A DNA stretch of 64,000 nucleotides from Polyangiaceae bacterium (GTDB lineage Bacteria > Myxococcota_A > Polyangia > Polyangiales > Polyangiaceae): positions 32,001-96,000 of the forward strand of contig JANRKO010000073.1 in assembly GCA_033763455.1 (NCBI GenBank), in the 5' to 3' direction. The notes beneath the pieces are model-generated. The model ran no database searches, had not been told where the DNA came from, and saw nothing but the letters and a program-made list of their open reading frames with translations. Shown here in pieces: positions 37,686 through 47,203 of the stretch. Made by a program: the position numbers and the translations under genes. Every line of letters starts with the position of its first letter. The first letter of the stretch is position 1.

Positions 37686-38771
37686 GTGCAGTATCAAACG
37701 TTTCGAGGAAGCGATCTAAAAGAAGCCATCTCTCTGGTTCGTGCGGCGTTCGGCAGCGACGCCGTCATCGGAGCGACCCGTTCGGTACGTCGGAACAAGG
37801 GTCCTCTTTCCAAGCCCTATGTGGAGGTTGCAGCCGCTCCAGCTCCGGACGAACCGCGGCGAGAAGCAGCGTCGCCGCGTCCCGTACGTGCGCGCAAAAA
37901 CGGACAGTCTTTCCGCCCGGCAGCACCCAGCCAACAACAGGGCCTCCTGGAGCGAGAACTTCGAGTTCTCCGTTCTATGGTGGATGAGCTCAGCGCCGAA
38001 CGTGCGCCGCACCAACGCGCGGAGGCTTTGCTCCACAACGCCGGAATTGAGGGCTCACTCGCAAAGCTATTGGCGAATGGTGCAGAAGCTAACGCTCGCG
38101 GCGGCAGCCCCGCCCTTATTCGCTTTCTGCGACAACGTCTCTCGGGAGCGCTCGGGTTTGCGGCGGATCCGCTAGAACAAGCCGGGCCGCGGCTTATCAC
38201 CTGCATTGGCCCTAGCGGTGCCGGCAAAACCACCACGTTGGCCAAGTTGGCGGCTCGAGCGCGGCTAGAGAAGAAGCGCAGCGTGAGTGTCATAACGCTG
38301 GATACGTTCCGTGTGGGAGCCGTGGCGCAATGGCAACGCTACGCGCAGCTTCTTGGCATTCCCGTGGGTGTTGCGCACGATGTTGCTAGCTTTCGTCGAC
38401 TGCTCAATGACCGCGGTGACGATCTTGTGCTCGTCGACACGGCCGGCCGAAGCGCGGATAACGCGTCGCAAGACGCGAGAGTCAGCGAATGTCTGGCTCA
38501 AGCTGCCATCCCTGTGGATGTGCTCTTGGTGGTGCCTGCGTGGCTCAGGGCACGTGACGTAGAACGTGTCACAGAGGTGTACGCGACCCCACCCGCCACC
38601 GGAATTGTAATTTCCAAGCTCGACGAAACTGATTGCATCGGGGGCAGCCTACATGCAGCCCTCGGGAAGAACTTGCCCCTCACGTACTTATGTGATGGGC
38701 CGCGTGTGCCGGAGGACATTCAAGCCGCCTCTCTCAATCGAATTCTGGACGCCCTTCTTCCGAGCATCTGA
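37686..38771 (+). CDS. flhF: SRP-family GTPase FlhF
   Basis: GPSGAGKTTT, DTFR.GA, DTAG, SKLDE, G..VPED. Confidence 0.93.
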   Translation: MQYQTFRGSDLKEAISLVRAAFGSDAVIGATRSVRRNKGPLSKPYVEVAAAPAPDEPRREAASPRPVRARKNGQSFRPAAPSQQQGLLERELRVLRSMVDELSAERAPHQRAEALLHNAGIEGSLAKLLANGAEANARGGSPALIRFLRQRLSGALGFAADPLEQAGPRLITCIGPSGAGKTTTLAKLAARARLEKKRSVSVITLDTFRVGAVAQWQRYAQLLGIPVGVAHDVASFRRLLNDRGDDLVLVDTAGRSADNASQDARVSECLAQAAIPVDVLLVVPAWLRARDVERVTEVYATPPATGIVISKLDETDCIGGSLHAALGKNLPLTYLCDGPRVPEDIQAASLNRILDALLPSI

Positions 38772-39529
38772 TGCGTCAACCGACCACATCCATTGAGCTT
38801 CTTCCCGTAAGGGGCAGCGCCGAAGCTCACGCCGACTTGGTCGATCGGTACATGCCGCTCGTGCGGCGTATTTCCATGCGTGCGGTGCGAAAACTGCCTC
38901 CGTCTATCACCGTGGATGATCTGGTCAGCGCCGGCTGGGTAGGCTTGCTAGAAGCGTTCGACCGGCGCACCCCAGAGATGAACGAAGAGCAGTTTGAGGC
39001 GTATGCCTCACATCGCGTGCGCGGTGCGATATTGGATTACCTGCGCTCCCTCGATCCAATGGGGCGCAAAATGCGATCGGCATCGCGACGCATTGTCCAG
39101 ACCATGAGCGAGCTCACGGCGAGCCTGGGCCGTGCACCTGAAACCGAAGAGGTCGCTCGCGCACTCGGACTTACTCTGGATGATTACCACTCGCTTCTCA
39201 CGGACATTTCCGAGGCGGGCTCCGCCAGGTTGGAGCTCTCAGAGGTCGCTGAGCCAGCTTCACCCGACGCTTCCCCGGAAGCTCAAGCTGGGCGGCGTGC
39301 CGAAGTTGGTTCTGTCGCCGAAGCCGTTGAGCAACTGCCCGAGCGCCTTCAGCTAATTCTCGGGCTCTACTACCAGGAAGACTGCTCTTTCCGCGAAATC
39401 GGAGAAGTTTTGGATATTTCAGAATCCCGCGCTTGCCAGCTTCACATTGAAGCCATTCACCGTATTCGAGCCACCCTTCACGGCCGCGCCTATCGGCGAG
39501 GCTCATTGGGTAAGAGTGTGTACGTATGA
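38771..39529 (+). CDS. fliA: RNA polymerase sigma28 FliA
   Basis: DL.S.G..GL, RVRGAILD.LR..D, LYY.E....EIG.VL..SESR..QLH. Confidence 0.93.
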   Translation: MRQPTTSIELLPVRGSAEAHADLVDRYMPLVRRISMRAVRKLPPSITVDDLVSAGWVGLLEAFDRRTPEMNEEQFEAYASHRVRGAILDYLRSLDPMGRKMRSASRRIVQTMSELTASLGRAPETEEVARALGLTLDDYHSLLTDISEAGSARLELSEVAEPASPDASPEAQAGRRAEVGSVAEAVEQLPERLQLILGLYYQEDCSFREIGEVLDISESRACQLHIEAIHRIRATLHGRAYRRGSLGKSVYV

Positions 39530-40254
39530 GTAGCGGGATCTGGTCAGCCGCTTCAGGCGCTATTGGGCACCTCGCTTCGTTAGACGTTACCGCCAACAAT
39601 TTGGCTAATGCGTCAACCGCCGGGTTCCAGGGAGACCGCGCGGTGTTTCAACAAGTGCTCGCTCAGAAGCAGCTAGCAGGCGCCGCCTCCGAATACCGAC
39701 AGTACTCGCTGGTCAGCAGCAGGTCCCCAGATCATACGGCGGGCTCTATCACCAGCACAGGCAAAAGCCTCGACGTCGCCATCAATGGGGATGGGTATTT
39801 CGTGGTAAAAACGCCACAGGGCGAACGTTACACGCGTAACGGTGGCTTTTTGGTCATCGGTGGCCAACTGAGCCTTGCGGGGGGACAACGCGTTCTGGAC
39901 GAGGGGCGGAGTCCGATTGAAATCCCCGACAATGAAGCAGATCTCCGGATCGGGGATGACGGCACTGTTTATGCAGGGGCAGAAGCTGTGGGCCAACTAG
40001 CAGTCGTTCGCTTTGCTAACCCTGACGTCATGCAACGTGAGGGAGAGTCACTTTTTCGTGCTCCGAACGGTACGGCTGAAGCCACGGTACCCTCCTTGGT
40101 TACCGAATCGCTGGAAAGCTCCAATGTCTCCGTTGTCAAAAGCATGACGGAGCTCGTGACAGCAACGCGCAGCTTCGACGCAATGCAGCGCATGATCGAC
40201 ACATTCAGTGAAATTGAACGCAAAGCCGCCATGGGCATCATGGGTAACCGTTAA
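39526..40254 (+). CDS. flgF: Proximal rod protein FlgF
   Basis: ANNLANAST.GF, DVAI.GDGYF.V.T..G.RYTRNG, LE.SNV; lacks FlgG FQDLLYQ segment. Confidence 0.88.
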   Translation: MSSGIWSAASGAIGHLASLDVTANNLANASTAGFQGDRAVFQQVLAQKQLAGAASEYRQYSLVSSRSPDHTAGSITSTGKSLDVAINGDGYFVVKTPQGERYTRNGGFLVIGGQLSLAGGQRVLDEGRSPIEIPDNEADLRIGDDGTVYAGAEAVGQLAVVRFANPDVMQREGESLFRAPNGTAEATVPSLVTESLESSNVSVVKSMTELVTATRSFDAMQRMIDTFSEIERKAAMGIMGNR

Positions 40255-40293
40255 TCCGGATTCCAAATCAAGCCAAACTGGAGAGATGATAAC

Positions 40294-40788
40294 ATGAACA
40301 TTATTAGCAAAAGATTCGGGAAGGTCTCGTTTGAAGAGGATGCCGTCATCAACTTCCCCCACGGCATTATCGGCTTCCCCGAAGCCAAGAAATATATCCT
40401 GCTTGGCCAGGGCGAAAGTGGTGTCGTCGGTTGGCTTCAGTCCGTGGATGCCCCAGAAATTGCGCTCCCAGTGGCATCGGCACATGCCTTCCCCGCCCCT
40501 TACCCGGACGTTCCACTCACTGACGCAATGCTGGCCGCAGGCATGGAAGCGCCCGGCGAGAACGTGGCCGTTCTTGCGGTAATCATCGCCACACCCGCTC
40601 AAGAGCCGACCGTAAACCTGCTGGCGCCTATCGTCATTGATGCCGACACGCGTCAAGGCGCTCAGGTTATTCTCCAAGGGTCACGCTTCTCGACTCGGGA
40701 ACTTCTGGTCTTCCGAGCAGAGCTTAAGCCAGCAGCTCCCGTCAGCCACGATTCTGCGCCGCGCCTGCGCTCAGCCGCCGACGCCTGA
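40294..40788 (+). CDS. fliW: Flagellar assembly factor FliW
   Basis: RFG, I.FP.GI.GF, WLQS, TVNLLAPIVI, G.QVIL. Confidence 0.93.
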   Translation: MNIISKRFGKVSFEEDAVINFPHGIIGFPEAKKYILLGQGESGVVGWLQSVDAPEIALPVASAHAFPAPYPDVPLTDAMLAAGMEAPGENVAVLAVIIATPAQEPTVNLLAPIVIDADTRQGAQVILQGSRFSTRELLVFRAELKPAAPVSHDSAPRLRSAADA

Positions 40789-40865
40789 AAGATCAACCCT
40801 AGCCGCTAGCGAAGAGCGCTTCGCGGCTCATACTACGTGTAGGGCGTTTCGCTGCTCGGCCGACC

Positions 40866-42332
40866 ATGACTTCCCTACCCCCTCCCGGCAATCGTTCTCG
40901 TCACAACCTGATAGTGCTTTCGGACGTGCACCTCGGAAGCGATTTGGTGCAGCACTCCCGCCCAGACGCGCCATTGCGCGGGAAAAATAGCCTCCTCCGC
41001 GATCGTGATTTTGTACGCCTCCTCAAGTGGTATCGCCGCAACCGGCGCAGCAGCTTGCCGTGGCGTTTGATCATCGCGGGTGATTTCGTCGACTTTATCG
41101 GAATGAGTGTGCCAGCGGCGCGGCGGCGTCGGCTCCGCACCAAGCTCACGACCGAAGAATTTGAACATGGCCTCGGCAACGCCGAAGATCACGCCCGCGC
41201 AAAGCTTAAGCTTGTTGCCGAACACCATCGTGGAGTCTTCCGCGCCTTGGCGAAGTTTGTTTCAGACGGCAACAGCCTCGTCGTCCTTCGAGGCAACCAC
41301 GACGTGGATTTGCATTGGGACGCAGTGCAGCGAGATTTCTTAGCGCACCTTCAGAAGTTCGCACGCATCAGCCGTGATCAGGTCGAGTTTGCTCCCTGGT
41401 TCTACTATGAGCGAGATGTTGTGTATGTGGAGCACGGGCACCAGTACGACCATTTTTGCTCGCAAGAGCACCTACTTTTCCCCGTAAATCCCCGCGATAG
41501 ACGGCGCCTTTCCCAATCCGTTACGGACGTACTGCTCCGCTACATCGTGCGCCCCACCCAGGGCATGACAGAGGCAGGCCACGACAGAGCTACCTTCGCA
41601 GACTACCTGCGATTCGCCGCACGGCTTGGAGTCATCGGGGGAGCGCGCCTTGCTCGACGTTTCGCAAGCGCTGTGTTTGAAATGATGCGCATCTACAAAG
41701 ACCAATTCACCGACGCCTTCGCTTGGGTGAAGCGCGAACACGAACGCAAGCTTCGGCTCTTATCAGAAGCCAAAAGCATCAGCCTTGCGCGCTTGCGCGC
41801 CCTAGGAAAGCTACAAAAGCCCCCCGTAACTCGCAGCCTTTTGGCGCTCTTGGCCAGTGTCATGCTCGATCGTGTGGCCGTGGGGGCCGCTAGTCTGCTG
41901 TCTGTCCTCTTTGTCTCCGCCTACACAGATTCCTGGCAAATGGCTGCAACTCTTTCGGGCGTCATCTTGGCGTGCATGCTGGTGGCCGGCGCCGCGTGGC
42001 ACAAGGTGCGAGGGCCACTCGATGCCAGCGCGGATCTTAGAAGCCGTGCCCCACTCGTGCTTCAGCTCTTTCCAGCTGCCTTTGTGGTCATGGGGCATAC
42101 TCACGTCCCCGAAGTTTCGCGGGCTGCGCCCAACCAAACCTACATAAACCTGGGCGCCTGGGCCGAAGAAGATGCCGCGCCTGGCGCCCCAAGCGCCTTG
42201 CCCGCCACCCGAACGCACCTGGTCCTTGAGTTCCAGGGGGAACACCCCGTGGGGGAGCTCCTTCGCTGGCAGGGTCACCGCCCCGAGGCGTTCGCGTCAG
42301 AGGCTCCCAAGCCTGGTACCGTTTCGACGTGA
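40866..42332 (+). CDS. Calcineurin-like metallophosphoesterase with internal TM hairpin
   Basis: SDVHLG, GDFVD, GNHD, EHGH, MGHTH; two hydrophobic segments before the last motif. Confidence 0.85.
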   Translation: MTSLPPPGNRSRHNLIVLSDVHLGSDLVQHSRPDAPLRGKNSLLRDRDFVRLLKWYRRNRRSSLPWRLIIAGDFVDFIGMSVPAARRRRLRTKLTTEEFEHGLGNAEDHARAKLKLVAEHHRGVFRALAKFVSDGNSLVVLRGNHDVDLHWDAVQRDFLAHLQKFARISRDQVEFAPWFYYERDVVYVEHGHQYDHFCSQEHLLFPVNPRDRRRLSQSVTDVLLRYIVRPTQGMTEAGHDRATFADYLRFAARLGVIGGARLARRFASAVFEMMRIYKDQFTDAFAWVKREHERKLRLLSEAKSISLARLRALGKLQKPPVTRSLLALLASVMLDRVAVGAASLLSVLFVSAYTDSWQMAATLSGVILACMLVAGAAWHKVRGPLDASADLRSRAPLVLQLFPAAFVVMGHTHVPEVSRAAPNQTYINLGAWAEEDAAPGAPSALPATRTHLVLEFQGEHPVGELLRWQGHRPEAFASEAPKPGTVST

Positions 42333-42358
42333 GGGAGAGCCTGTTCAAACAAGCGCAA

Positions 42359-42580
42359 CTAGAACAAGCGCGACAGCAACCGCAGCCCGATGAGCAGCAC
42401 CATGGGCGAGAAATCAAGCCCGCCGCCGCTCGGTAGCACCTTCCGAATGGGTGCAAGAACCGGCTCCGTCAGCTTGTGGAGCAGCTGCACCGCAGGGTTC
42501 GCGGGCGAGACCCGAATCCAGCTGACGACGACGGCCGCAAATACGACCGCAGAGTACAAATCGATCAAGGTTCGGATCAT
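42359..42580 (-). CDS. yggT: YggT family membrane protein
   Basis: SWI....NP....L..LTEP.L.PIR..LP..GGLDFSP. Confidence 0.92.
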   Translation of the reverse strand: MIRTLIDLYSAVVFAAVVVSWIRVSPANPAVQLLHKLTEPVLAPIRKVLPSGGGLDFSPMVLLIGLRLLSRLF

Positions 42581-42670
42581 GCTCGTTGCCTTCTAACTTG
42601 CGACCCCAAGCCGCCTACGTCAAGGCAAACACTCGAGCGAGCTGCGGACGCACCGCTGCGTAACTTCAGC

Positions 42671-43744
42671 CTAGTGAGAAACGACGTAAAAGAAGTCACG
42701 ATCAGATGGCAGGCGCACGTAAGTGGATTTTCCGTGCACCATTTCCTCCCGCAGAGCGGACCCGATTGCCAACACACCGGCTTCTTTGTCACGAAAAAAT
42801 AGCCACTTCGTCCATGCCCAGTTGATGTCGAGCTCGGCCGCACTGAAAGCTCCCACCGCCTTTAGCGCCCGGGCCAAATGCAAAGGGTCGGCTTCGACGC
42901 CCACCGCGTAAAACAGCACATTGTTGGAAGCATCCAGACCAACGGCCGATCGCCTGCGCGTCACTATCTCTGGGTTATGGCCAGCCCACGGTTTGAATTT
43001 TCCCTTGAGCAGCAACGGGTGAAGCTCTCCAGCTTCCACCAAACAGGGAGGCGTTTGACGAAAGTAGCGGACGCTTTCTGGCGTCACCGAAAGGCGCGAC
43101 CACGTGCCTAAACGAAAGCTCCCCGGGCTATCAGACACCAGCGTACACGCGTCCTCCCGTGGCTTGCCAACGATGCCCCCGGCCACTCCCATCGCAAAAT
43201 GCCCGTGCTGTTCTTGAAAGCCACCGTTGAAGACCGCCAGCAAGCTCGCTTGGTCGGCGCTCGGCACGAGCCCTACGGGCACTTCTGGCCCGACCTTTTT
43301 CCCCTCTACGTCTTTGGTGCCAAGTACAAACCGAATATCGGTCGCATTCAAGTTCACGGCGACAATGTCCACGGAAACGAAATCGGCCGCAGGATGCGGA
43401 TGTAGCACCGTGCGCATCAACACCCCGCTTGCAAAGGCCCTATCCCCAGCTTGACCGGCATTCACCCATTGACCATCGCCAGGCTTGGCCGTGGCAGCAA
43501 AGGGTGGCTCCACCGGTGCGGGCGGAAAGGGTGGAGCCGAGGCGACCGTGGGCACGCTGGAGGGCTCTACTGCTCGTGATGCTCCCAGGCCGGGATCAGT
43601 CTGAGCTTTCACGACGGGTACCTGAACCACAGGTTTCGGAGTTGAAGCCGGGGCACTGGTTTGGCTCACCACCCGTGGCGGCTGAGTGGGAGCTGGGGCG
43701 CAGCCCATTGCCCCGCAAACAAAGGCCAACCAAGCCCTCATCAC
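42671..43744 (-). CDS. Phosphodiester glycosidase (NAGPA-like) family lipoprotein
   Basis: Lipobox AMGC, Pro-rich linker, FNGGF, RSAVG, A.ELDIN motifs. Confidence 0.7.
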   Translation of the reverse strand: MMRAWLAFVCGAMGCAPAPTQPPRVVSQTSAPASTPKPVVQVPVVKAQTDPGLGASRAVEPSSVPTVASAPPFPPAPVEPPFAATAKPGDGQWVNAGQAGDRAFASGVLMRTVLHPHPAADFVSVDIVAVNLNATDIRFVLGTKDVEGKKVGPEVPVGLVPSADQASLLAVFNGGFQEQHGHFAMGVAGGIVGKPREDACTLVSDSPGSFRLGTWSRLSVTPESVRYFRQTPPCLVEAGELHPLLLKGKFKPWAGHNPEIVTRRRSAVGLDASNNVLFYAVGVEADPLHLARALKAVGAFSAAELDINWAWTKWLFFRDKEAGVLAIGSALREEMVHGKSTYVRLPSDRDFFYVVSH

Positions 43745-44343
43745 TCGCGCACCAGTTCGTTCACCACCTGCTCGAGTTCCGTCAGGCCGTGCACGATCTT
43801 CTTAATGAACGAGGAATTGTGCCCAACGCGGGTGAAGCGGGGATGCCGGGACCACAGCTTCTGCAACTTGCCGTCGAGCTCCACCGCGGCCTTCGCGTCC
43901 TCGATACGCACGGGGTTACCACCCTCAATTGAAATCCCACCCACTGCGGCACTCTCGAAGAATATAACGGCATCGTAGCGAGAGAGCTCACTCTCCAGCG
44001 ATGTCCCAGCCTGCTCAAAGAACTCCTCAGGGGGTCCCGGCCAATACGCAGCGCCATCGATAGTCCCACGGTCGCAAAGCAGGATCCGGTTCGGGTAGCG
44101 AGCAAACTGTACCTCTTCGAGGTTCCGCTGCACATGGTAGATCGCAAGTTGCGCGGCCCGTCGAGCAGGCTCTTCAGCGCCGCGCGGAAAGCCCCCAGAA
44201 AACAGCATGGTGGCCGCCTCAGGCACAATCACCACGCGCTCCCCAAGTTCTCGGCGGAAAAGATCGGCAGCAGTCGTTTTTCCCCCACCGGGGCCGCCAC
44301 TTAACACAACGCGGCAGCGCGATTTGATCAGATCAGGGACCAC
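43741..44343 (-). CDS. AAA/NadR-like P-loop ATPase
   Basis: GGPGGGKTT, VPEAA, CDRG..D..AY, RYD.V. Confidence 0.8.
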   Translation of the reverse strand: MVPDLIKSRCRVVLSGGPGGGKTTAADLFRRELGERVVIVPEAATMLFSGGFPRGAEEPARRAAQLAIYHVQRNLEEVQFARYPNRILLCDRGTIDGAAYWPGPPEEFFEQAGTSLESELSRYDAVIFFESAAVGGISIEGGNPVRIEDAKAAVELDGKLQKLWSRHPRFTRVGHNSSFIKKIVHGLTELEQVVNELVRE

Positions 44344-44511
44344 AGGCCGGGCTCCTATATCCTAGAACCGCGCCGAGCGGCACCCCCGCCTGACTGTAAG
44401 TTTGCAGCACGAGAAACTCGCGGTCGTTTTCCCGGAACAGGTTCGAGAACGGGCCGATCGCGGCCGATATTTGGGAAAAATTCCTAACCAAGTGTGCTAC
44501 GTTCCCGCCCC

Positions 44512-45879
44512 ATGTCTGAAAGTGCGCGTCCACTGCGAGTGGCGATTGTGGGTTCGGGGCCGGCCGGTTTCTATGCGGCTGAGGCCCTCTTGAAGAACAG
44601 ATCCGTACCCGTGGAGGTGGATATGTTCGAACTGCTGATCGCGCCATTCGGCCTCGTGCGTTCCGGCGTGGCGCCAGATCATCAGAAGATCAAACGTGCC
44701 GTCAAAGCCTTCGAGCGCACGGCTCAAGATCCACTTTTTCGATTCCTTGGCAACGTGCACGTAGGCGTGGACATCTCGGTAGGAGAGCTCTTGGAACATT
44801 ATGATCAGGTGCTTCTCTCGCAGGGAAGCTCCAGCGATAGAAAGCTCGGCGTCCCCGGTGAAGCCCTCAGCGGTAGCCACGCGGCCACATCGTTCGTCGG
44901 GTGGTACAACGGGCACCCGAGCTTCGTGAACGAGCAGTTTGACCTCAGTTGCAAGCGTGCCGTGGTTGTCGGCATGGGCAACGTCGCGATGGATGTTGCA
45001 CGCCTTTTGGTGCGAAAAAGCTCAGAGCTCGCGGAAACGGACATCGCTCAGCACGCGCAAGCAGCGTTAGCTGCTAGTTCTATCCAGGAGGTCGTCTTGT
45101 TAGGGCGCCGAGGCCCGACAGAGGCAGCTTTTGATCTAGGGGAATTGCAAGACATGGCCGCGCTAGACGGTGTGGATGTGCGCATCAATCCGGAACAGCT
45201 AGAGCCTGCCCTCGCTCAAGTTGCGCAGCTTTCAGCCACCGATCGCCGCAAGCTCGAGTTCATGGCTGAGCTCGCCGAGCGCGCCCCCAAGCCGGGGAAA
45301 ACGGTGCGCTTGGAGTTCTTAGCTTCGCCCCTTGAGTTCCTTGGCACCTCGAGGGTGGAACGGGTCAAGGTTGAGCGAAACCGCCTGGTGGAAAAGGATG
45401 GTCAACAGAGCGCTCAAGGCACGGGGTTATACTTCGAGTTTGAAGCGGGCTTGGTCTTTCGGTCGATCGGTTATGCGGGCGTGCCACTGCCCGGCGTACC
45501 GTTCGATGAAAAACGAGGAACCATTCCTAATCGCGAAGGTCGAGTGGTTTCTTCTACGGGAGAGTTGGTTGATTCCTTGTACGTAGCCGGGTGGATCAAG
45601 CGCGGCCCGAGCGGAGTTATCGGCACCAACAAGCCGGACTCCGCTCAAACAGCGAGCCACATGTTAGATGACGCAGCGGGGAATACGGAAAGGCGTAGCT
45701 CGACGCGAGCAGCCGTTGATGCCTTGCTCCGTCAACGAGGCCTCACCGTCACCAGCTACGCTGATTGGGAAAAAATCGACCGCCTAGAGCAAGAACGCGG
45801 GCAAAAAGTGGGCAAGATCCGCGAGAAGTTTCTCAGTAATGCAGAGATGTTGGCGGCTCTTGCACAGAGCGAAAGCTGA
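44512..45879 (+). CDS. Ferredoxin-NADP+ reductase (adrenodoxin reductase/FprA-like)
   Basis: GSGPAGFY, GLVR.GVAPDH, FVGWYNGHP, G.GNVA.DVAR, GWIKRGP.GVIG.N. Confidence 0.92.
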   Translation: MSESARPLRVAIVGSGPAGFYAAEALLKNRSVPVEVDMFELLIAPFGLVRSGVAPDHQKIKRAVKAFERTAQDPLFRFLGNVHVGVDISVGELLEHYDQVLLSQGSSSDRKLGVPGEALSGSHAATSFVGWYNGHPSFVNEQFDLSCKRAVVVGMGNVAMDVARLLVRKSSELAETDIAQHAQAALAASSIQEVVLLGRRGPTEAAFDLGELQDMAALDGVDVRINPEQLEPALAQVAQLSATDRRKLEFMAELAERAPKPGKTVRLEFLASPLEFLGTSRVERVKVERNRLVEKDGQQSAQGTGLYFEFEAGLVFRSIGYAGVPLPGVPFDEKRGTIPNREGRVVSSTGELVDSLYVAGWIKRGPSGVIGTNKPDSAQTASHMLDDAAGNTERRSSTRAAVDALLRQRGLTVTSYADWEKIDRLEQERGQKVGKIREKFLSNAEMLAALAQSES

Positions 45880-45929
45880 CCGTCGCCCATCGGCAGAGAG
45901 CGCATGCGTGCGGGAGTGTACGCTCGGCA

Positions 45930-47189
45930 CTAAGCGAAAAGCCTTAATCCTGGGGTTGGGCTGAAGTTCGGGTTGGGAAACACTGCCGCTAAGCTCGGGG
46001 CCTTGAGGTGTCGGTTGAGGACCTGGCCGAGGACGTCGCGGAAGTCGGTCGTCACCGCAAGGTCACGCCCCTCATGGAGGTCGGCTTCGTTGAGGCCTGG
46101 CCATTTGCCGTGAACGCGCCCACCGCGCACGCCCCCGCCCATCAGCAACATGACGCCGCCATGGCCGTGATCCGTTCCGCCTGTGCCATTTTGCCGGACG
46201 GTGCGGCCAAACTCACTCATGGTGACCACTACTGTGTCCTTCATACGCGAACCCATGTCGCGGTGAAATGCGGCTAGAGAGTCCCCCAAGTCCTTCAAGC
46301 GATTCGCCAACTGACCTTCGCCTGCTCCTTGGTTTGCGTGCGTGTCCCAACCACCGACGTCGACCCAAGCAAACTCCACACCGAGATCGGCCTTTAGGAG
46401 GCGTGCCACACTCATAAGCGCTCGACCCGAGCGAGGGTACTCGGCACCGTTTTCTGGGACGTACCTTCCACTCGTTTTTTGCCGCACCAGTTCAACGGTG
46501 TCGAGGGCTGAAAGGCCCGCCATGCCCGGCTCATCTTTGCCAGATTCGTACATTTTTCGAAACCCGGACTGCAAGCGCTCACGAAATCTCTCTGGGGCGC
46601 GCAAGCCAAAGTGCTCAACACTGTCTATCGCGATTGCCGGGGCGCTTCCGTAGAGCGCCCGAGGCAACGTTTGCCCCAGACTTACCGCACGAAGCAAGCT
46701 CACCTCTCCCACGGAGGTTGCCTGCATGTAACGATTGAGCCAACCATCGCGAGTGCCGGAATCAAGTGGCGTGCCGCTTTCCATGTTATCTTGGGCTTCA
46801 AAATGGGAGCGCGTTAGGCTCGGAGAACCCGTGGCATGCACACAGGCTAACTGCCCGTTTTGATACAGCGAAAGAAGCCCAGAAAGGCCTGGGTTTAGCC
46901 CGAAGCGAGCATCCAGCCGTAAGGCGCTGCCCGTTCCTTTGCCCGGAGGCGGCACAGCGATCTCCTTGCGCACGGCGTAATATTCGTCGTCCGCATAGGG
47001 CACTACGACGTTCAAGCCGTCCACACCTCCGCGCATGAAGATGCAAACCAACCTCTTCTTGGGCCCGGCGCCGGCCCTGCCGGCACCCGCCGCGCTCATG
47101 GCACCCGCGGCACCCGCGGCACCCGGGTTTAAAGCGACCCCAACACCCGCCGCAATACTTTGAAGCAATAAGGTTCGTCTAGAAATCAC
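45930..47189 (-). CDS. DUF1501 domain protein (Tat-exported)
   Basis: SRR twin-arginine leader, RGG.DGL, RSHF.AQ, GGWDTH, SEFGRT..N...GTDHG. Confidence 0.9.
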   Translation of the reverse strand: MISRRTLLLQSIAAGVGVALNPGAAGAAGAMSAAGAGRAGAGPKKRLVCIFMRGGVDGLNVVVPYADDEYYAVRKEIAVPPPGKGTGSALRLDARFGLNPGLSGLLSLYQNGQLACVHATGSPSLTRSHFEAQDNMESGTPLDSGTRDGWLNRYMQATSVGEVSLLRAVSLGQTLPRALYGSAPAIAIDSVEHFGLRAPERFRERLQSGFRKMYESGKDEPGMAGLSALDTVELVRQKTSGRYVPENGAEYPRSGRALMSVARLLKADLGVEFAWVDVGGWDTHANQGAGEGQLANRLKDLGDSLAAFHRDMGSRMKDTVVVTMSEFGRTVRQNGTGGTDHGHGGVMLLMGGGVRGGRVHGKWPGLNEADLHEGRDLAVTTDFRDVLGQVLNRHLKAPSLAAVFPNPNFSPTPGLRLFA

Positions 47190-47203
47190 GAGGGGCTCCT
47201 CAT

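Noticed and set aside
40278..40293. sigma28 promoter for fliW (TCAAG)
   Set aside because: No GCCG-type -10 box at the right spacing; it would overlap the start codon.
6898..40788. Flagellar cluster as a mobile island
   Set aside because: No integrase, transposase, tRNA or flanking direct repeats seen, and no obvious composition shift by eye.
47081..47127. GGCACCCGC repeats
   Set aside because: They encode a Gly/Ala linker after the Tat signal of the DUF1501 protein.
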